A DNA stretch of 64,000 nt, from positions 638,328 to 702,327 of the forward strand of contig NW_002060951.1 in assembly GCF_000150275.1 (NCBI RefSeq). The letters are read 5' to 3'. Below are positions 1 through 14,582 of the stretch, piece after piece. Position 1 is the stretch's first letter; each line of letters starts with the position of its first letter. The DNA comes from Trichoplax adhaerens (lineage: Eukaryota > Animalia > Placozoa). A program made the position numbers and the translations under genes. The notes beneath the pieces are model-generated. The model had not been told where the DNA came from and made no database searches. It saw only the letters and a list, made by a program, of their open reading frames with translations.

Positions 1-489
1 TGATAATAGGATGGTAGAAATGAGATAAAAATAGAAGTTGTTAGCAGTTAATTAACTGTAGGTTTATAAGGTGTGTTAATCTCTAAAAATTGAGCTGTAT
101 ATGGACGAAGGTTAAGCGCCTTAACACCTGATAGCTTGTAGCTATCTAAGTCTGAGAATATCGACATGTATATTTAGTAATGGTATTATACTAATTAATG
201 TAACTTGTAAAGCATGAATTCTCACTCGTTAATATTGGAATTCACTGTTGAAACCTATTTAAGCGCGCATGTTTGTAGAATAAAGTAAGTAATTGCTCAA
301 GAAACGGCAAGACTCATATCGTGAAGAATAGTGTAATAATTAGTCATTTGTCTGTGGAGATCAGCCGAGAAATCGAGTTCTCAAATACTTCTCTCATAGA
401 AACTGAAAGTACTGGGAGAAATAGCCCAAGTTTTAAGTAATTACACTAGAGTTCTTTACTTTCCTTTGCCACAAGTGAGGGTTGTGACA
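1..489 (+). mobile_element. Probable solo LTR, truncated by the window start
   Basis: AATAAA at ~279. Ends ...CTTTACTTTCCTTTGCCACAAGTGAGGGTTGTGACA at 489. Internal and terminal segments resemble the reverse complement of 17347-17695 (ACTTGTAA..TGAAT..CTCGTTA; CTTTACTTT.CCTTTG). The left end and TSD are not visible. Confidence 0.55.
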
Positions 490-3400
490 ATATTACACTT
501 TAGGTCATTTTTTTCAATTTTCTTAGTATGACAACTGAGAAAATACCCTGATACTTTAACTATCTTCAATCTACGTACAAAGGTATCAGAAGATCTCTTT
601 CATAGATGGTCAGTATGAAGGCAGATACTATGGTAATTAATATCTTGCCAAACCTACAGTTGAATTGTGAGCATTTGCTATCAATATCGCTACTGGGTTC
701 TAAGTTGTTGCAACAATGGTTCTTAAATTAACCATTTATAATTTTTTGAACATTAATTTTAATCTATGCTAGAGAGAAAAATCATTATTTTGCAAATGTC
801 AATCCTGTAAATTACTTCACAAATTCAACTGAGGCAAGTATAAATAACGCAGTATTCTAATCGGGATGTAAGTCTAAAAAGCTACAAGATCCTCTGTTAA
901 GAGGATCGTGTATTAATAGAAATCAAAACTAAATCATCAAACTAAATTAATACGTGAATACTGTAGCATACATTATGTGTATCAATACTAGTAGTATTTT
1001 CATGACATAGCACTCTATTCTCACTGATTTATGTTCATACTAAGTTTAAGAAGACATTTGGTGAGATGGTATTACGAATACTAACTATCAGTATCTATCA
1101 CTGATCGCGTATGGTTAGTTGAGCTAACAATTACGGAACGATAGTGCTTTATCTTCTACTTTATTATTTTGCCTACAGCTAAATAAGTAGAAAATGATTT
1201 TATTAGAATTAAAATTTAATGAGTAAACATTTCTTCTAGCCGTTATATAATTTTAAAAATGATGCGGCAGTTGAAAGTTGTTTCCTTGATTGTAACGTTT
1301 GATAAGTCTAATTTTACCGTACAACCGGGAATAGCTATATAACAACTGACAAAGAGTGCCTAGTTTTATTTCAGTTTGCACCTGTAAGTATTTCTTTGTG
1401 GCCTTTAACTATGACCGTGCATTAAATTGAGTGCTTTAGAGGAATGCAGACAATGCTAATTGCTTCATTAACACTAAAAGCTGGCATATGCTGTGTGAGT
1501 ACTAAACTGACAAACTCAACGAACACTTTCAATAGCTTGCTAAAGTAATAATGAAGGAAAAGTCCAGCTGACATATGAGGATATTGTTTATCTTTGATTG
1601 AAAGAATATTGATGTATATCTTTATTAAGAGTTCCAGGGTATTTCTAGATTACTATAGGTGTGATAGCTAGATAAAAATGTTATTATGGAATATTCTAGA
1701 AGCCTCTTTCTGCACACGTTTCATTATGAGTCTTAAGTAATCTATTTGTTTGATAATTCGCATAACTTGCTGCTAGGACAATGAGCATTTATTTTAAAAA
1801 TATTATCGCAAAAACAACTATATTTCTGGTATCATACGTTTCGGGAATCTTTCAGATTTACAATAGAAATAGTTATATTTAGTCGCTAGTTTTACTCATT
1901 ATAGTATCAAAATATCTTCTAGGCAGTCTACACAACGCAAAACAATTCATTTATGTACTGTTGCTATATTTATAAAAAATCTACTTGATTTAAATTATTG
2001 ATAGACTATTCGGTGCTGCCTAATATCAAAATTTTCAAATCTTTTAGCTTTCCAGGATTTAATATAACCAAAATTTTATTTACGTAGGACTATACAGTCA
2101 GATACGTGAATCTAATTTAATCCAATAATAGAAGAAAAAAGTATCTGCATATTATAATTGTAGAGGATTTCACTATACAATCCATTTTGATGTTTAACAG
2201 GCACAACTGCCTGGCAATATCAATGAAGCCCTTTCTCAATTTGAATCATCTTTCAAAGTTATGGTCTTAAATAGTTTGAAATTTTCACTGCTACCAGCTG
2301 TAAAGTGTAATAGTATTTTAACAAATGTAATCATTTTTATAATATCAACAAAAGCTAGAAAACGATCCCAAGAGAATGTGCTCCGTAAATAAGATTGTAA
2401 ACATAGGATAGTTTACGGCATTTAGTACTAATATCTAATGAATATTAGTAGTAGATTGAGTCTACTACAGTGTTACTGGTTGTGAACACCATATCGTACG
2501 AAATAATTTAAGTAATAGTCAGGTTAAGTATAGAATTTTAAGCGATCAAAGTAATTTTTCGATCAAAAAGAAATTTTTTTAAAGTATTCCATTTCAGTAC
2601 TTCAAAAAGTTGATAATTTTACGATCAAAGTTACCGGTAATGTGTTAAATTTAATTATTATAACGTGCGTGATGCACGAATTACCATAAATTTTGAGAAG
2701 TATTTCTCAGTAGACATTGGAAACAGCGCATTATAGAAAATAGTACCTTACGTTCATTTTTCCATCATAATGCTGTTATGAGTAATTTTTAAGCAATGAA
2801 GATCGTGAACAGGTCTCTATTACCAATTTATTTATAGCACTATCACTATAAGCTGTTATGAAATAATTATAGTAAAGATTTGCAATATTTACAGCGTTTT
2901 ATATGAATGAAATCTTTACTCTATAGTTTACTAGCTTATCCTACATTAAAGAGATATGACAATAAATGAGTGTGAGCAAATCCGCGAATTTAGTGCCTTT
3001 TTTCTAAAATGGTGAAGACTACAATGGCTAGCTTTGTAATTATTGCAATAATTCGTTCAATGATATCCATTTATGTGAATTTTATAATTCAATTACTAGC
3101 CTTGCCCCTTCAACTCTATTTACTTAAACTATTAGAAGTTTCATATGATAACAACGGATGTCTTACTCTAAAAGGATAAAAAGAATAAGCCAAAGTAATC
3201 AATTCCGGTAAAAGTTGTTCAGAAAAAAATTTAGATATACTAAGATATTTCTATTACCACTTTGGAAAGAGTCGATCCTAATAAATTAAAAATACGTATT
3301 ATGGTGGTATAGTCTCTGTGAGTGCGCAAAGCGATAGACTGAAATGTTGGCACTTATGATATAGTTTAGAAAAACATAATATAGATCCTAATATTTCAAC

Positions 3401-4068
3401 AATGGCAAACAGGTATTGGATCCCTTAATTAAACAGAAATAAATGAGCACATATTTAGAATAATAATTCATTGTAGTAAAATTAATGATATTAATATGCT
3501 TGTCTGCTAGTTAATTACTATATGCATAAAAATAGTCATTTGCAACGTTAGAATTTGTAAACGTGACTTCATCTATAGTCTTATAATTTGTTTCTTAAAT
3601 TAATTAATTTCAAATCCCCAAATTTTGAAACTTGCGACACAGGTATTTACAATTTCAAATTCCAAGATTAATGAGACGTTTGTGATCAATGAATAAAAGA
3701 TCAATTTAAAAGAATGTCTATGTCTTTCTATGTTGTTACTCTGAATATGACACAAATAAAACTAATCGATCAAGGGTAATCTAGGAAATATCTCAAATAG
3801 CTTCATACGATAATTACTTTAACCTTCACTGCTACCTAAAATAATAATATAATGTAGGACAATATGTCTTTGGATAAAAAGTAAGGATACGACAAATAAA
3901 GAGAAAATAACGTTCGACAATGTCTTTGGATAATAAAACAATTGCATAACTAACACACTTAAAATGATACTGGGCAATATGCCTTCTGACCAAAGAATAA
4001 GGGTATTATTAATTTGAAATTGCTGTGCGATATATTATCCCCTAATTTATGCTACAATACTGTAATTG

Positions 4069-4088
4069 TATATATATATATATATATA
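4069..4088. repeat. (TA)10 microsatellite
   Basis: Read directly from the sequence. Confidence 0.9.
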
Positions 4089-6737
4089 CACAGTAATATT
4101 TAGAATTTTTTCATAGAATATCCTCAAAAAGAGGTGCATAGATTTATTGAAAAGCGACTGAAGAACTGTTTACAAGCCATAGATACTGATGGAATCTTAG
4201 TTAAATTGATTGATGCATGAAGTTTATTTTATCGATATTTACTAATACGAGTAGTGCCGTAACTGACGAATGCTTACTGAAGTGGGTGAAAATAGTGTAC
4301 TTATAGCATTATAGACACTAAGCTTTATCTGATATAGTTTATGTTCTTGCTGTAGTTACCATACTGCAATGATAAGAGAAAATATAGAAGAAAGTGACTC
4401 TATTTCTATAAATTATAATCAACTATGACCATTAAAACTGTCTTCTTGCCATTGAGATTTGAAATTAAGCCTTCAACTTGGAGGATATTATGATTTCTCA
4501 CCCTTCGCTAGCAGATAAAATAGTAATGACTAAGAACGAACTAACAAGTATAATTTTAAGTATTTGCCATTAGACTCACGGAAAGAGATATTACCAGATT
4601 ATCTACGTTCCTGCACTAGAATTCTAATTTTAATATTCAACATTTTAGTTTGCATTAATAGAAGTAAACTTAGGAGTTAATGCTTAGATAGATTTCAATA
4701 TTACTGGTGCTACTGTACTAATCGTACAAATTTAACATTTGAACAAATCCTTTATTAATTCAGCACGCAAATCCGCACCGAAAAAATATAACCAGTATTT
4801 ACAATATGCATCAGTGATTATGCGTCGGTATATATTGACTTCTACCTTCTGTTGTCATAAAATTACTGTAAAATATAACTTATAAAGAATTACTTCGTTG
4901 AATTGGAGGTGTATTTTCATAGCAGAGATAAATTAAAAAAATTTAATACGATATCTCTGTCTGCGAAGTGGTAGGGTATTGTGTTATATTATTTATTTAT
5001 TTACGATTTACTTTCTTGATTGTCGCATTATATTTTTTGCCTATCAAGGTTTGTTTGTCATGGATTTAATTGTCAATTCAGAGTTAAAGTCGATATTATG
5101 AATATTACGCAATCTAAAAAAATACTGCAGTCGACTTTAGTCGTCTATTGTACATAGTATGCCATATATATTAATTATATACGATTAATTGCGTTCATAA
5201 CACTGCTGCTGTAGTGGTAGTTTGCGGTAATTTAGCAACGAATAGTAACGATAATCATGCATGATTAGTGGCAATATATGGCTAGAACAGTGCAAGATCG
5301 CTAATATTTAAGTACGTTAAGAGGAAATTTACCTGCATAGCCTGTGATTGAGTCTACATTATATCACCAATGTACGATAATTGTGTTTTATAAAGCTCGA
5401 ATACTTTAATACAAAATCAGAGTTGTTAGTATTATAATAAAATCATTGATATTATTGCAAAGTCCAGTACACAGTAGACGATTTGATGCTCGTGATAATT
5501 CTCCGGAATAATTTGAAAAGTTATCTGGGTAGCTTGTATTCAAGCCTACAGTATCGTATGGTAGCAACCTTTGTAGTATTTTAATAATTATAAACGTTTG
5601 TTATGGTTAACTCCAACACTGTTATACCAAATTGAAGTTGCTATTGCTGCAAGAAATCCGCGATATTTATTTCGATATATCGTTCTGTATAATCGATCTA
5701 CTACTCATGCTACCTTGCAGGTCTACTCTGTCTAGCTTGGTCAGGCATTATACAGCTTAAACATCATCTTACACAGCAAATGGAGTACTACAGTATACAT
5801 GCTTCTTTCATTTAGAAATTTGCTACGGTATCTTTAAGATATTTTTCTTGGCCGAACCAATGAAAGATGAATTCTATAGTACGCCTAGTATCTGTCTAGT
5901 GCGCTAGTAGAAATCATAAATATTGAGTATACAGCAGCACTGTATTACGTGTAAGTTCCTAAATATTATAATTTATATACAAGCACCTACATAATATGCG
6001 TTGTGAATTCCTCGTAGAATATTACACTCTAGAGTTCGACTAGTACAGTACTTGTAAGAGACAGGGAAAGCATTCTCAGTTTAATACTTCGTAAGGCTTC
6101 TAATAGCGCTTTAACGACGGCTTTGTAAAGAAATTTCAATTCCATAAAACTTTCTACATTTTTATGGTATATTATAAACCGTTATTAATGTTACTGTAGT
6201 CTTATTGCTAATTTGCTTGATAAATATTTCTATGGATACTTAAAATATTTTAAATATCGATTTTGCTATTCTACACATGCAAACTCTACGATTGATTTAT
6301 AGGTGTTATTCTACAATTTCAATCATTTAAGTGCAGTAAGAGTGTTATGAGTCTTATAATCCGATACCGGCGTCCTTTCTATTGATTATTGTTATGAACC
6401 TGCTTGAGTTACTATGTTCAATTAAGCTGTATATGATACTTAATGTATTTCCTTTTTTATTAATAAAATGTAGGTTATTAACTTAAACTTGTGAAACAGT
6501 AAACAATTCTGACTACATTAACAGGATGAATTGCACTTGGGATAGTGCCAATGGTCCACTAAGAAATAGAAAACTATGTCATCTTTTAATAGAAAAACTA
6601 CCGTAACTTCAGGAAATAAAGGATGTACAAGTAATAAATAACAATAGATCATTAAAAGGAAATCAAAAATGGAACTTAGGGAAAAACTTACCACTATCAG
6701 GATATTTTAGAGACTTTTCGTTAGCGGTATCCACTCC

Positions 6738-7356
6738 CGTCATGAAAGTAATCCTCGTGGTGTATACTTTATTTCTATGTACGTTCTATATATGTTTATA
6801 TCTCAGAAATTTTTTACGGTCTCCTTATTTGTAATTTTAGTGGTTAACAGTTGATATCCTCAAGTTAGAATTAAATAGACTAAAATAGTAATTGCCAACC
6901 AGCTAAACTAGATTATATCTATCACGCCCAAAGTTATTAAGGTTCAAAGTACAATTCCTAAGTTTAGAGGAAATGTCTTAGTAGGATAGCTTTATATGTA
7001 TCTGTTAAACTATTAATAAGCCATGATTATCTTTATACTGCTACAGTAAATTTAATAGGATTGGACTTTATCTAATCTGTACAGATATAATCTCTTTATG
7101 GCATTAATTTGGTTAATTTCTAATAGACGAGGACTTTTGTAGTTCAACCGGTTTTAGGAACCGAAACCTGTATAAACGGCGAGTTCGCCGACAATAAATT
7201 AGATTGTGATTTTCTAGTAAGTTTTGAAGGTTTTATTGTATTAAACCCTTCTATCTGGGAATACTAATTATCTGGTATTCAGAATAATAGTAATATAGGA
7301 TAGAAATCACTCTCTCAAACCTTGCTGCAAGTTAGGGCTATTCATAGCTCGTGACA
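6738..7356 (+). mobile_element. Solo LTR (family B), 619 bp, TSD ACTCC
   Basis: Termini (C)GTCATGA...TCGTGACA. ACTCC at 6733-6737 and 7357-7361. TATAAA at ~7171 and AATAAA at ~7193. The first ~300 bp align with the reverse complement of ~51930-52230. Confidence 0.85.
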
Positions 7357-9913
7357 ACTCCCGATTAATTATATTCAATATAGCTCCATGAAATATTTTA
7401 TAATATTTGCATCAGACAAGTCTTCGATAACGTATACTTAAGCAATAAGCTATATAATATCAACAGCTAATTGCTTACTGGCATCAGTATGCAAATAGAT
7501 TACCAAGAAATTGATTTACAAGCTACAATACGCGTTACTCGATATAAAAGTGAATGGCGACAAAATTGAAATTTACTACGGTGTGCATTGGTTACTCGCC
7601 AGTAATTTTTCTTTTCTTTGTTTTTGGAAGTAAAACATGAGATATGCAATGCGCTATAGGTACGTGATGATGAACATGAGAAAAAGAATTATTAATATAG
7701 ATTACCATAGCCTTATGTTTCTGGTCTTCTATGCCATGTATTGTATTTTGAAAGTGTTAAGAATGATATCAAAAAAAAACTTAAAAATTATAGAATAGAA
7801 GGCTTCAACTGTTAACGACGTATTAGTATATTGCGATTAAACCACTTTATATGAATGAAAATCCTCTACAACGCTGCAGCTGCTGCTTGTCCCCTGTAAA
7901 TAATTTACTCTTATTGATTTTAAATGTATTGAACGCTTGATCGAATATTTCAAATTGTAATTAAATAATTAATCAGCGTCTTACAAACTTGTTTAGAAAG
8001 GGACCTTTACAAATAAATTGAAATGAAATTCCTCCACTATTTTAGAAAATACATCTTAAAACTTAGTATTCTAATGCCTATAAATAAATCTGTGTGATTG
8101 CACATAATTTAACTTTTGGTATGAATGTCTAAAATTAAGGAAGAGTTAGTAAGGCATAGATCAGTTGCTAATTTTAGCATACGCCATAATCCTGGTTTGT
8201 GCAGTACAGTAAAGTATAGCTGAATTTAGCCTCTGTAAGATAAAGAGATAATACATAAGAATTTCCTGTAGGCAGTCCCTTTTATAAATAGCTAGCATAT
8301 TTATTGAGATAGAAATTTAGATATTTTAATCTACTTAAAAATTTTCGCCGTGATGATTAGTAAAAACTTAGTATCAATTTAATGATGGTTTATGCATAGG
8401 CAGATTTGCTGATTTTTCTTGAAGGGAATTTATGAGAGTAAGCGATTTAGAATTTCTAGCACGATATTGAAGCCAGATTTTATAATACCGCACAACCAGT
8501 AGGGTACTTTCTGTCTAGTTAAATCATTTTAACTTAGTGTTGTAACTCATCCTATACGAAAAATGTCCGAAAAGAGCGTTATTTATTTTTCTAATGCGAT
8601 TGATTTGTTTCAAAATATTGCTATTACTCTCTACATAGAATAGGGTCAATATCTCATATAGCCTTATTACGTATTGTACAAATCATCTTCTTGAAGGAGA
8701 AAAGCGTATCAGGTGTTATAATGACCCGGAAATAAAGGTCAAAATGCTACTGTACTTAATGACTAAAACCATTTTTTGTCTTTCTTTGCGGTACAGTTCA
8801 TGGTATTCTACAGTATATCATGATCTTAGTTATTAAATAACACTATACTAACAGATGTTACTTCTCGTAGATCTTGTCATCATTGGTTATATATTGCTAT
8901 GATTCCATAGGTTATAAAAAACATAATATTAGCAGACTGCGGCTTATATGATGAAACGGCACACTTTTAATGTTCGGGCTATGTATTAGTTATTTTCGAG
9001 ATTAATCGCTCATATAAACTGTATATGTTCATATACGAGTACAAGTTCATTCGGTCAAAAAATTATATTTGTTGTAAAAATTCGAACGGTTAACCTATTG
9101 GTAGATAGGCTATTGCAGTACACTTTTAGAAAACTTCAGCAATGTTATGTAAAAATTCGCGAACGAAATTTTTATCGCAGCTTCATAATCTTATTCTGTT
9201 TGATACTGTTGCCATAATTCAAAACGATATTACTTAGGACAGTTGAAACTCCGCTGCGAAGATACTGGTAGTTCTAGCTCGATACGACAGTCTTTTAATT
9301 GTTTAAGTACGACTATCTTTATCACTACAGATACACTGTGTAGGCATATTGGCTATAAATTCTGCTTCATACTGAAGCAGGCTTAGAGTCTACTAAAAGT
9401 TCTCAAAGAAAGTTGTAAAATTATTAATATTTTTTATCAAATTCTAAAAAGAAAGGTCTATCTATTAGTGCTGGCCACCTTCGATAGAATTTCATAGATA
9501 GAATTCTATATAGCCTCAGAAATTTCCATTCTTTACTTTCATTTTTGGATAGAAGGGTAAGCAAAATAACTGCATGAAATAATACAAGCGTGCCTATCGT
9601 ACATTTATGAGATAATTCCATATTATTATATAAAAGCTGAACAAACAATCAATGTACGATAGTTCATGCAATCATGTTGCTTATAGCAGCAGAATGTTCT
9701 ATAAAGACATTAAATCGACGTATAGTATGTAACAAAATATTATCAATGAGATTATAGATACAATATAAATTTTCTACCAGGATTAGACCATTCAAAGAAG
9801 GATTGGATAATTATGATTATCGCTATGTAGCATCATAAAACGTATTGCTTAAGTACCGATATAGAACTGAATTTAAATGCGTAGTGTAACTGGCTAAATT
9901 GATAAATATAGTA

Positions 9914-10544
9914 TGTCACAAAACAACTTTGCAACAAGATAACGTAATATACGATCAATAAGTCAATTCCTCGAACTACGTATCAAGGAACGATATCTGC
10001 ACTATCACAAACACTTTTGCTCTACTAGCAGACTACACAAAGACTTAAACGCCTCGTATTTTACGTTAAACGCTAAGTTTGAGAATCCTACTTTATTTCA
10101 CGATATACTGCATTTATATACTATTCCTCAATAGTTCATGAGTTATAGTTAATACAATTAACATTAGAATCATTTACTGAATTAGATATTAATTTTAGCT
10201 ACTGCTCCCTTAATGCAGACAACAGTATTTACGAACATAGACATGTAATGACTAATACAGAATAGTCATATTGCGATATGTCCTATCACGGAACATTTCC
10301 AAGATAATTTACAATCTACCATAAGTAAATTACAATCACAATGATTGGAACTGTAAGTAGATGATTTGCATTCCCTGTTATAACTATTAATTTCAGTATG
10401 TGTATAAATGTCACTATCATAAAAAGTCAGTGCTATATTAAAATACAGTATATCCAAATTAGAAGTTAACTAAATAAGGATAGGCTAACAGAATTATCCT
10501 AACATAGATGTTTCTACTCTAATACAGTACATAACACTGTCACA
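9914..10544 (-). mobile_element. Solo LTR (family A), 631 bp, TSD TAGTA
   Basis: TGT...ACA termini. TAGTA at 9909-9913 and 10545-10549. About 95% identical (~29 substitutions by hand count, no indels) to 14583-15213 in inverted orientation. AATAAA on the minus strand at ~10092-10097. Confidence 0.92.
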
Positions 10545-11220
10545 TAGTATCAATTAATTATTAGAAAATCTTGTACTACATGAATCGGGCACCATTTTAT
10601 ATTCAGTACCGTACTATGTAGATGTTCCTCTCCTAATATTATAATTATCAAAGAAATCTCTTAATGACTAATTCAATAACAAACGTCAATTCTATGTTCG
10701 ATAAGCGTATGTGTGATATAACCGATCACGAAAATCCAAAATTTGTAGAAAATTGAAACTTTATTAGATCCTATGCAAAGATAATATATGCACGGCTCTA
10801 CTCTAGCGGAATACAACTACTAAATACTTCTAGAAAGGACTACTAGAATAATCTTGGTTGCTAGTTTATAAACTTTTCGTACCATTCGCAGCTACAATCG
10901 GCAAAGCAACATTCTACCATATTTTATAGATATTCAGATTATTATTAGCAAAAACGTTTTACAGCAGACCTTCACTAATCCAATATGGAAATTACTACAG
11001 TATTCACGTAGATATTATTTCTACCAGTCAGAGTGCAACGAACTAGCCCTATCCTAATATATGATTTATAGTTCTATTTTACCTCTAATCTTAATAGTAA
11101 CTTGACACCCTACTGACATCATACTAAACATGGCTAATAGTCTGCAATCCTAATACGATGTTACGTTACAGTACGATATTGATGTATTTTATTGATTGAT
11201 TATTCCTGCTGTGATTTTCT

Positions 11221-12387
11221 TCATTTTGCAATGTAAGCATTTTTCTTGGTCATAACGGTGCTAAAGCGGGAAAAAGATGACTCCAAGTGACGAGTTTGCA
11301 TCAATTGACGCTTTCTATGAAATAACTGCTCGATTGCATGTTTAAAACAGGGATTGAAAGTGAGACAGATTAAAGTATTAAAAAATGCGAAGAGATACAT
11401 TAATGCCAGTAAGATATGTCTAACAATTATAATTTGATGTATGATATTTTGTTGAACGAGAGATATCTTGTTCGTTGTAGGTACGGTAATAACTTCAAAG
11501 TAGAGCAGTAATTGAAATAGAAAATAAGGAAACCATGTTAAAAAGAACACTACAACAATAGCTGCACTCATTAAAACCAACTGTTTCTTTGCACGGTTTA
11601 TTTCTTTGCATTCTACTTTTTCTAGAGAATCTCTTTGATCTATTTCTATATTTTCACTTGCTAATGAGAAGATATTAGGAGTTGACTGAGTTACTGCATT
11701 AACTTTACGAATGGCACTGCCGATAAACCTTTGCCAAGTGATTATCAGAATTAAGGGTATAAAAAATACGAGTAATACGGTGATCATCATAAATATTTGC
11801 TTTGAGACCAAGGGAAATCGGTTTTCATCATATATACATAGTTGCGAATTGTTAGGAAGGCGGTAAAGAATGATTAAATTGCCATATGGTATAGCATAGG
11901 TAATACCCAAAAGCCAAACTATGATGATATAATAGATTGCCATTCTGGGTTTTAGCGTTAACCAACCAGACTTGCATATTATACGAAATCTTGCATAACA
12001 AATACCAACAATGCTGTAAGCGACTACAAAAACGGCGATTATTAAGATGGAACCTAAAGCCTGACATAAAAATTGTCCGTATGGCCATTTGCCTTGAAAG
12101 ATTATATCACGTAATGTAGACAGTAAGCCAACAACAACTAGGAACAACGATGACCAGGATAAGTTAGCCACCAAAAGATTTGTAAAGTTTAACAATTTTC
12201 TATTCTTGCATAGGATACATGTCATGAAAATAGTACCCAAAAATGAAAATAAAAATGATATAAAAACAATTACAATACGAAATGCATTGATTTGGTTGCC
12301 ATATGGATCCAGTAATGGCATTGTTATATTATCGGTAAGACTATTCGTTGACGGAGATTGGCTTACGTTAAAGGAGCTATTTGCCAT
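11221..12387 (-). CDS. Intronless rhodopsin-like (class A) 7TM GPCR, peptide-receptor type, 388 aa
   Basis: Seven hydrophobic segments and N-terminal N-glycosylation sequons (NSS, NVS, NIT). TM2 'FTNLLVANL', ECL1/TM3 'WPYGQFLC', ECL2 Cys, TM5 'FFIP', TM6 'FFLTWFPY', helix 8 'NPCFK'. AATAAA lies ~30 nt after the stop. Confidence 0.93.
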   Translation of the reverse strand: MANSSFNVSQSPSTNSLTDNITMPLLDPYGNQINAFRIVIVFISFLFSFLGTIFMTCILCKNRKLLNFTNLLVANLSWSSLFLVVVGLLSTLRDIIFQGKWPYGQFLCQALGSILIIAVFVVAYSIVGICYARFRIICKSGWLTLKPRMAIYYIIIVWLLGITYAIPYGNLIILYRLPNNSQLCIYDENRFPLVSKQIFMMITVLLVFFIPLILIITWQRFIGSAIRKVNAVTQSTPNIFSLASENIEIDQRDSLEKVECKEINRAKKQLVLMSAAIVVVFFLTWFPYFLFQLLLYFEVITVPTTNKISLVQQNIIHQIIIVRHILLALMYLFAFFNTLICLTFNPCFKHAIEQLFHRKRQLMQTRHLESSFSRFSTVMTKKNAYIAK

Positions 12388-13561
12388 TTTGCTAACGACA
12401 AATATAAAAATTTTTGTTCAGAATAACTTCCTCCTTATTTTATATTACAATGCTATATTTGCATAGATACTAATAGCAAATTATACTGATATATGAATGA
12501 TTAAACAAAAATTCGTTTGTTATGCTCAAAATCGAAATTTTGAACTGATAGTTGTAATTTATTCGATAATAAAATTTGTTGTAAAACTAAGCGATACTTG
12601 TATACGTTTTACGGATACTTGATACCGACAATTAATCCAGTAAAATATTGGTAGATAAAATACCGATATTTAACAAAAATGATTGACTTGAAAAAGAGTA
12701 ATTCTTACTTTGAAGTGATATGAAATTTAGATTTGTTGATTAATTAGTCAAATAGACTTTGCGAGAAATTTGCTTCCATTACACGTAGCCTGGTAAGCAA
12801 TAGCAAGATGAACGCTTGAAAAAGAATACATGTATAATGAGTCCTGCATACTTATACATTGATCAATACTCGAGAATGAAAATAAATACAGGAATTAATT
12901 CAAGTAGAATATTTTTAATATCATAAATGAAAAATTGATGCAATTAAAATACAGTATGTCTGGATACCGATAACCTTTACTGTGAGTAGCTATTGTAATA
13001 ATGATGGTACCAGACTGTAACTATTTCATAGCGATATAAGTCGATTGATGTTATTGATAACGTCGATAGCAGCAGTAGAGGTATTAATGCTTTCTTTCAA
13101 AGTATATTGTTTCTACGAAGACAAGTTATTAGCAGGTATGATCAAATTTAATTTATTATGAGAATGTATGCGAAAGTATAATCCTTATTGCTGTAAAGCT
13201 TTTGTCCTAATAGCATCTGAGCCATGCGTTGATCTTTCTAGTTTAAGCACTTGGAATTGACTCAAAACATTTAATCTTAATTCACACTTGTACACCGGGA
13301 TTACCAATCGAATATGTTTGGTTGACTAAAAATATAAATGAGATCACTTATTACAAAAGATGATATTATAATTTTTAACTTACCTTAATCGCTGTCCTAT
13401 CATCGGGAATTTGAGAAAAACGAGTCATAATATGTTGCTTATATGTCCTTAGTATCATCCAATTTGCATGATTAAAAATAGAGAATAGTCAATAGTTAGA
13501 TTGTTGCATTATAATTAAATAAATTAGTCACAACATATAAACAATTGAGAGAATAAATTAT

Positions 13562-13820
13562 TGTAACGTATCTATATTTCTGTTAGCATTACTTACATAT
13601 ATAGTGATGAACATGATATTTACGTAACCATGTATAGTAAGAAAGTATACTGAACGTGCTAGAAAATGAGTGCATTGAGCAATCGAATGACATTCATAAA
13701 ACCACCTTATTGACTAGATAGATGCAAAACTAACAGAAAGGCATGTCTATTTTATAGAGTGAGAGTATATCTAGGGTTTTGAATCGGACCCGACTTAGAG
13801 AATAACCTATACTTATAACA
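13562..13820. mobile_element. Possible short solo LTR, 259 bp
   Basis: TGTAACG...TTATAACA termini flanked by TTAT on both sides. A 4-bp AT-only match can arise by chance, and no second copy was seen. Confidence 0.3.
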
Positions 13821-14582
13821 TTATGCAAGAATGATGCAAAATCGGCGATAAGCATTGTATAGAGAACATTGCTAACAAATAAATAGACTATTACGCAAGA
13901 GCTAACATTAGTCAATAAAATATTAATACCCTTGATTCATTCTTTAAAAAAATAATCTGAGATATTGCTTGCAAGAGCTAAATTTAGCGATGTATTATGT
14001 ATTATCTTTGTTGTTCTTCAAAGATTTTGTAGTCAGGTTGGCTGGAAGGCAGTTACTGCACCATAAACCATAAAGAAATACATCTTGTAATCTAAACAAT
14101 AAATCGATTTTAATGTTAAGTAAGCTTTTTCCCAATGACTTTACCAACTCAACATTGTAAATAGCTCTCAAAATAATGTAATATGTAAAAGACAGTAGAT
14201 TGTTAATCATTACACCCAAGTGGCAGATACCTCGGTGACAGCTTTAAACAAGATTTATTTAAAGCGGAGGCTTGGATGCCATTTGTAATAAACAAAGGCG
14301 AAACTATCAGTTTACTTCGTGATATGAAAATATCAGCCGCTAAAATTAGTGAATTTTTATTATTAATTAACTTAACTGAGCTTTAATCGCTTGAAATAAT
14401 AGAGAGATGTCAGGTATATTGCAATTCTTTAGAATTACAAGTTGTCAAATAACGTTCCCTGACTCAAGACTCAGAAAATTTAATGACCCGCATTAACGAA
14501 GTGATTGCAATCGTAAACGTATTGCTGATTATGATTTAATAGTATCGGTGTGATTCTAAATCTAATTGTTATAGTTACCCGG

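Noticed and set aside
10266-10457. 63-aa ORF duplicated at 14670-14861, suggesting a small gene family
   Set aside because: Both start at TTG, lie inside the family A solo LTRs and have no recognisable domain. They are shared only because the LTRs are ~95% identical.
11852-12466. Short ORFs overlapping GPCR1 (and 27424-27699 over GPCR2)
   Set aside because: Antisense or alternative-frame shadows of the real GPCR coding sequences.
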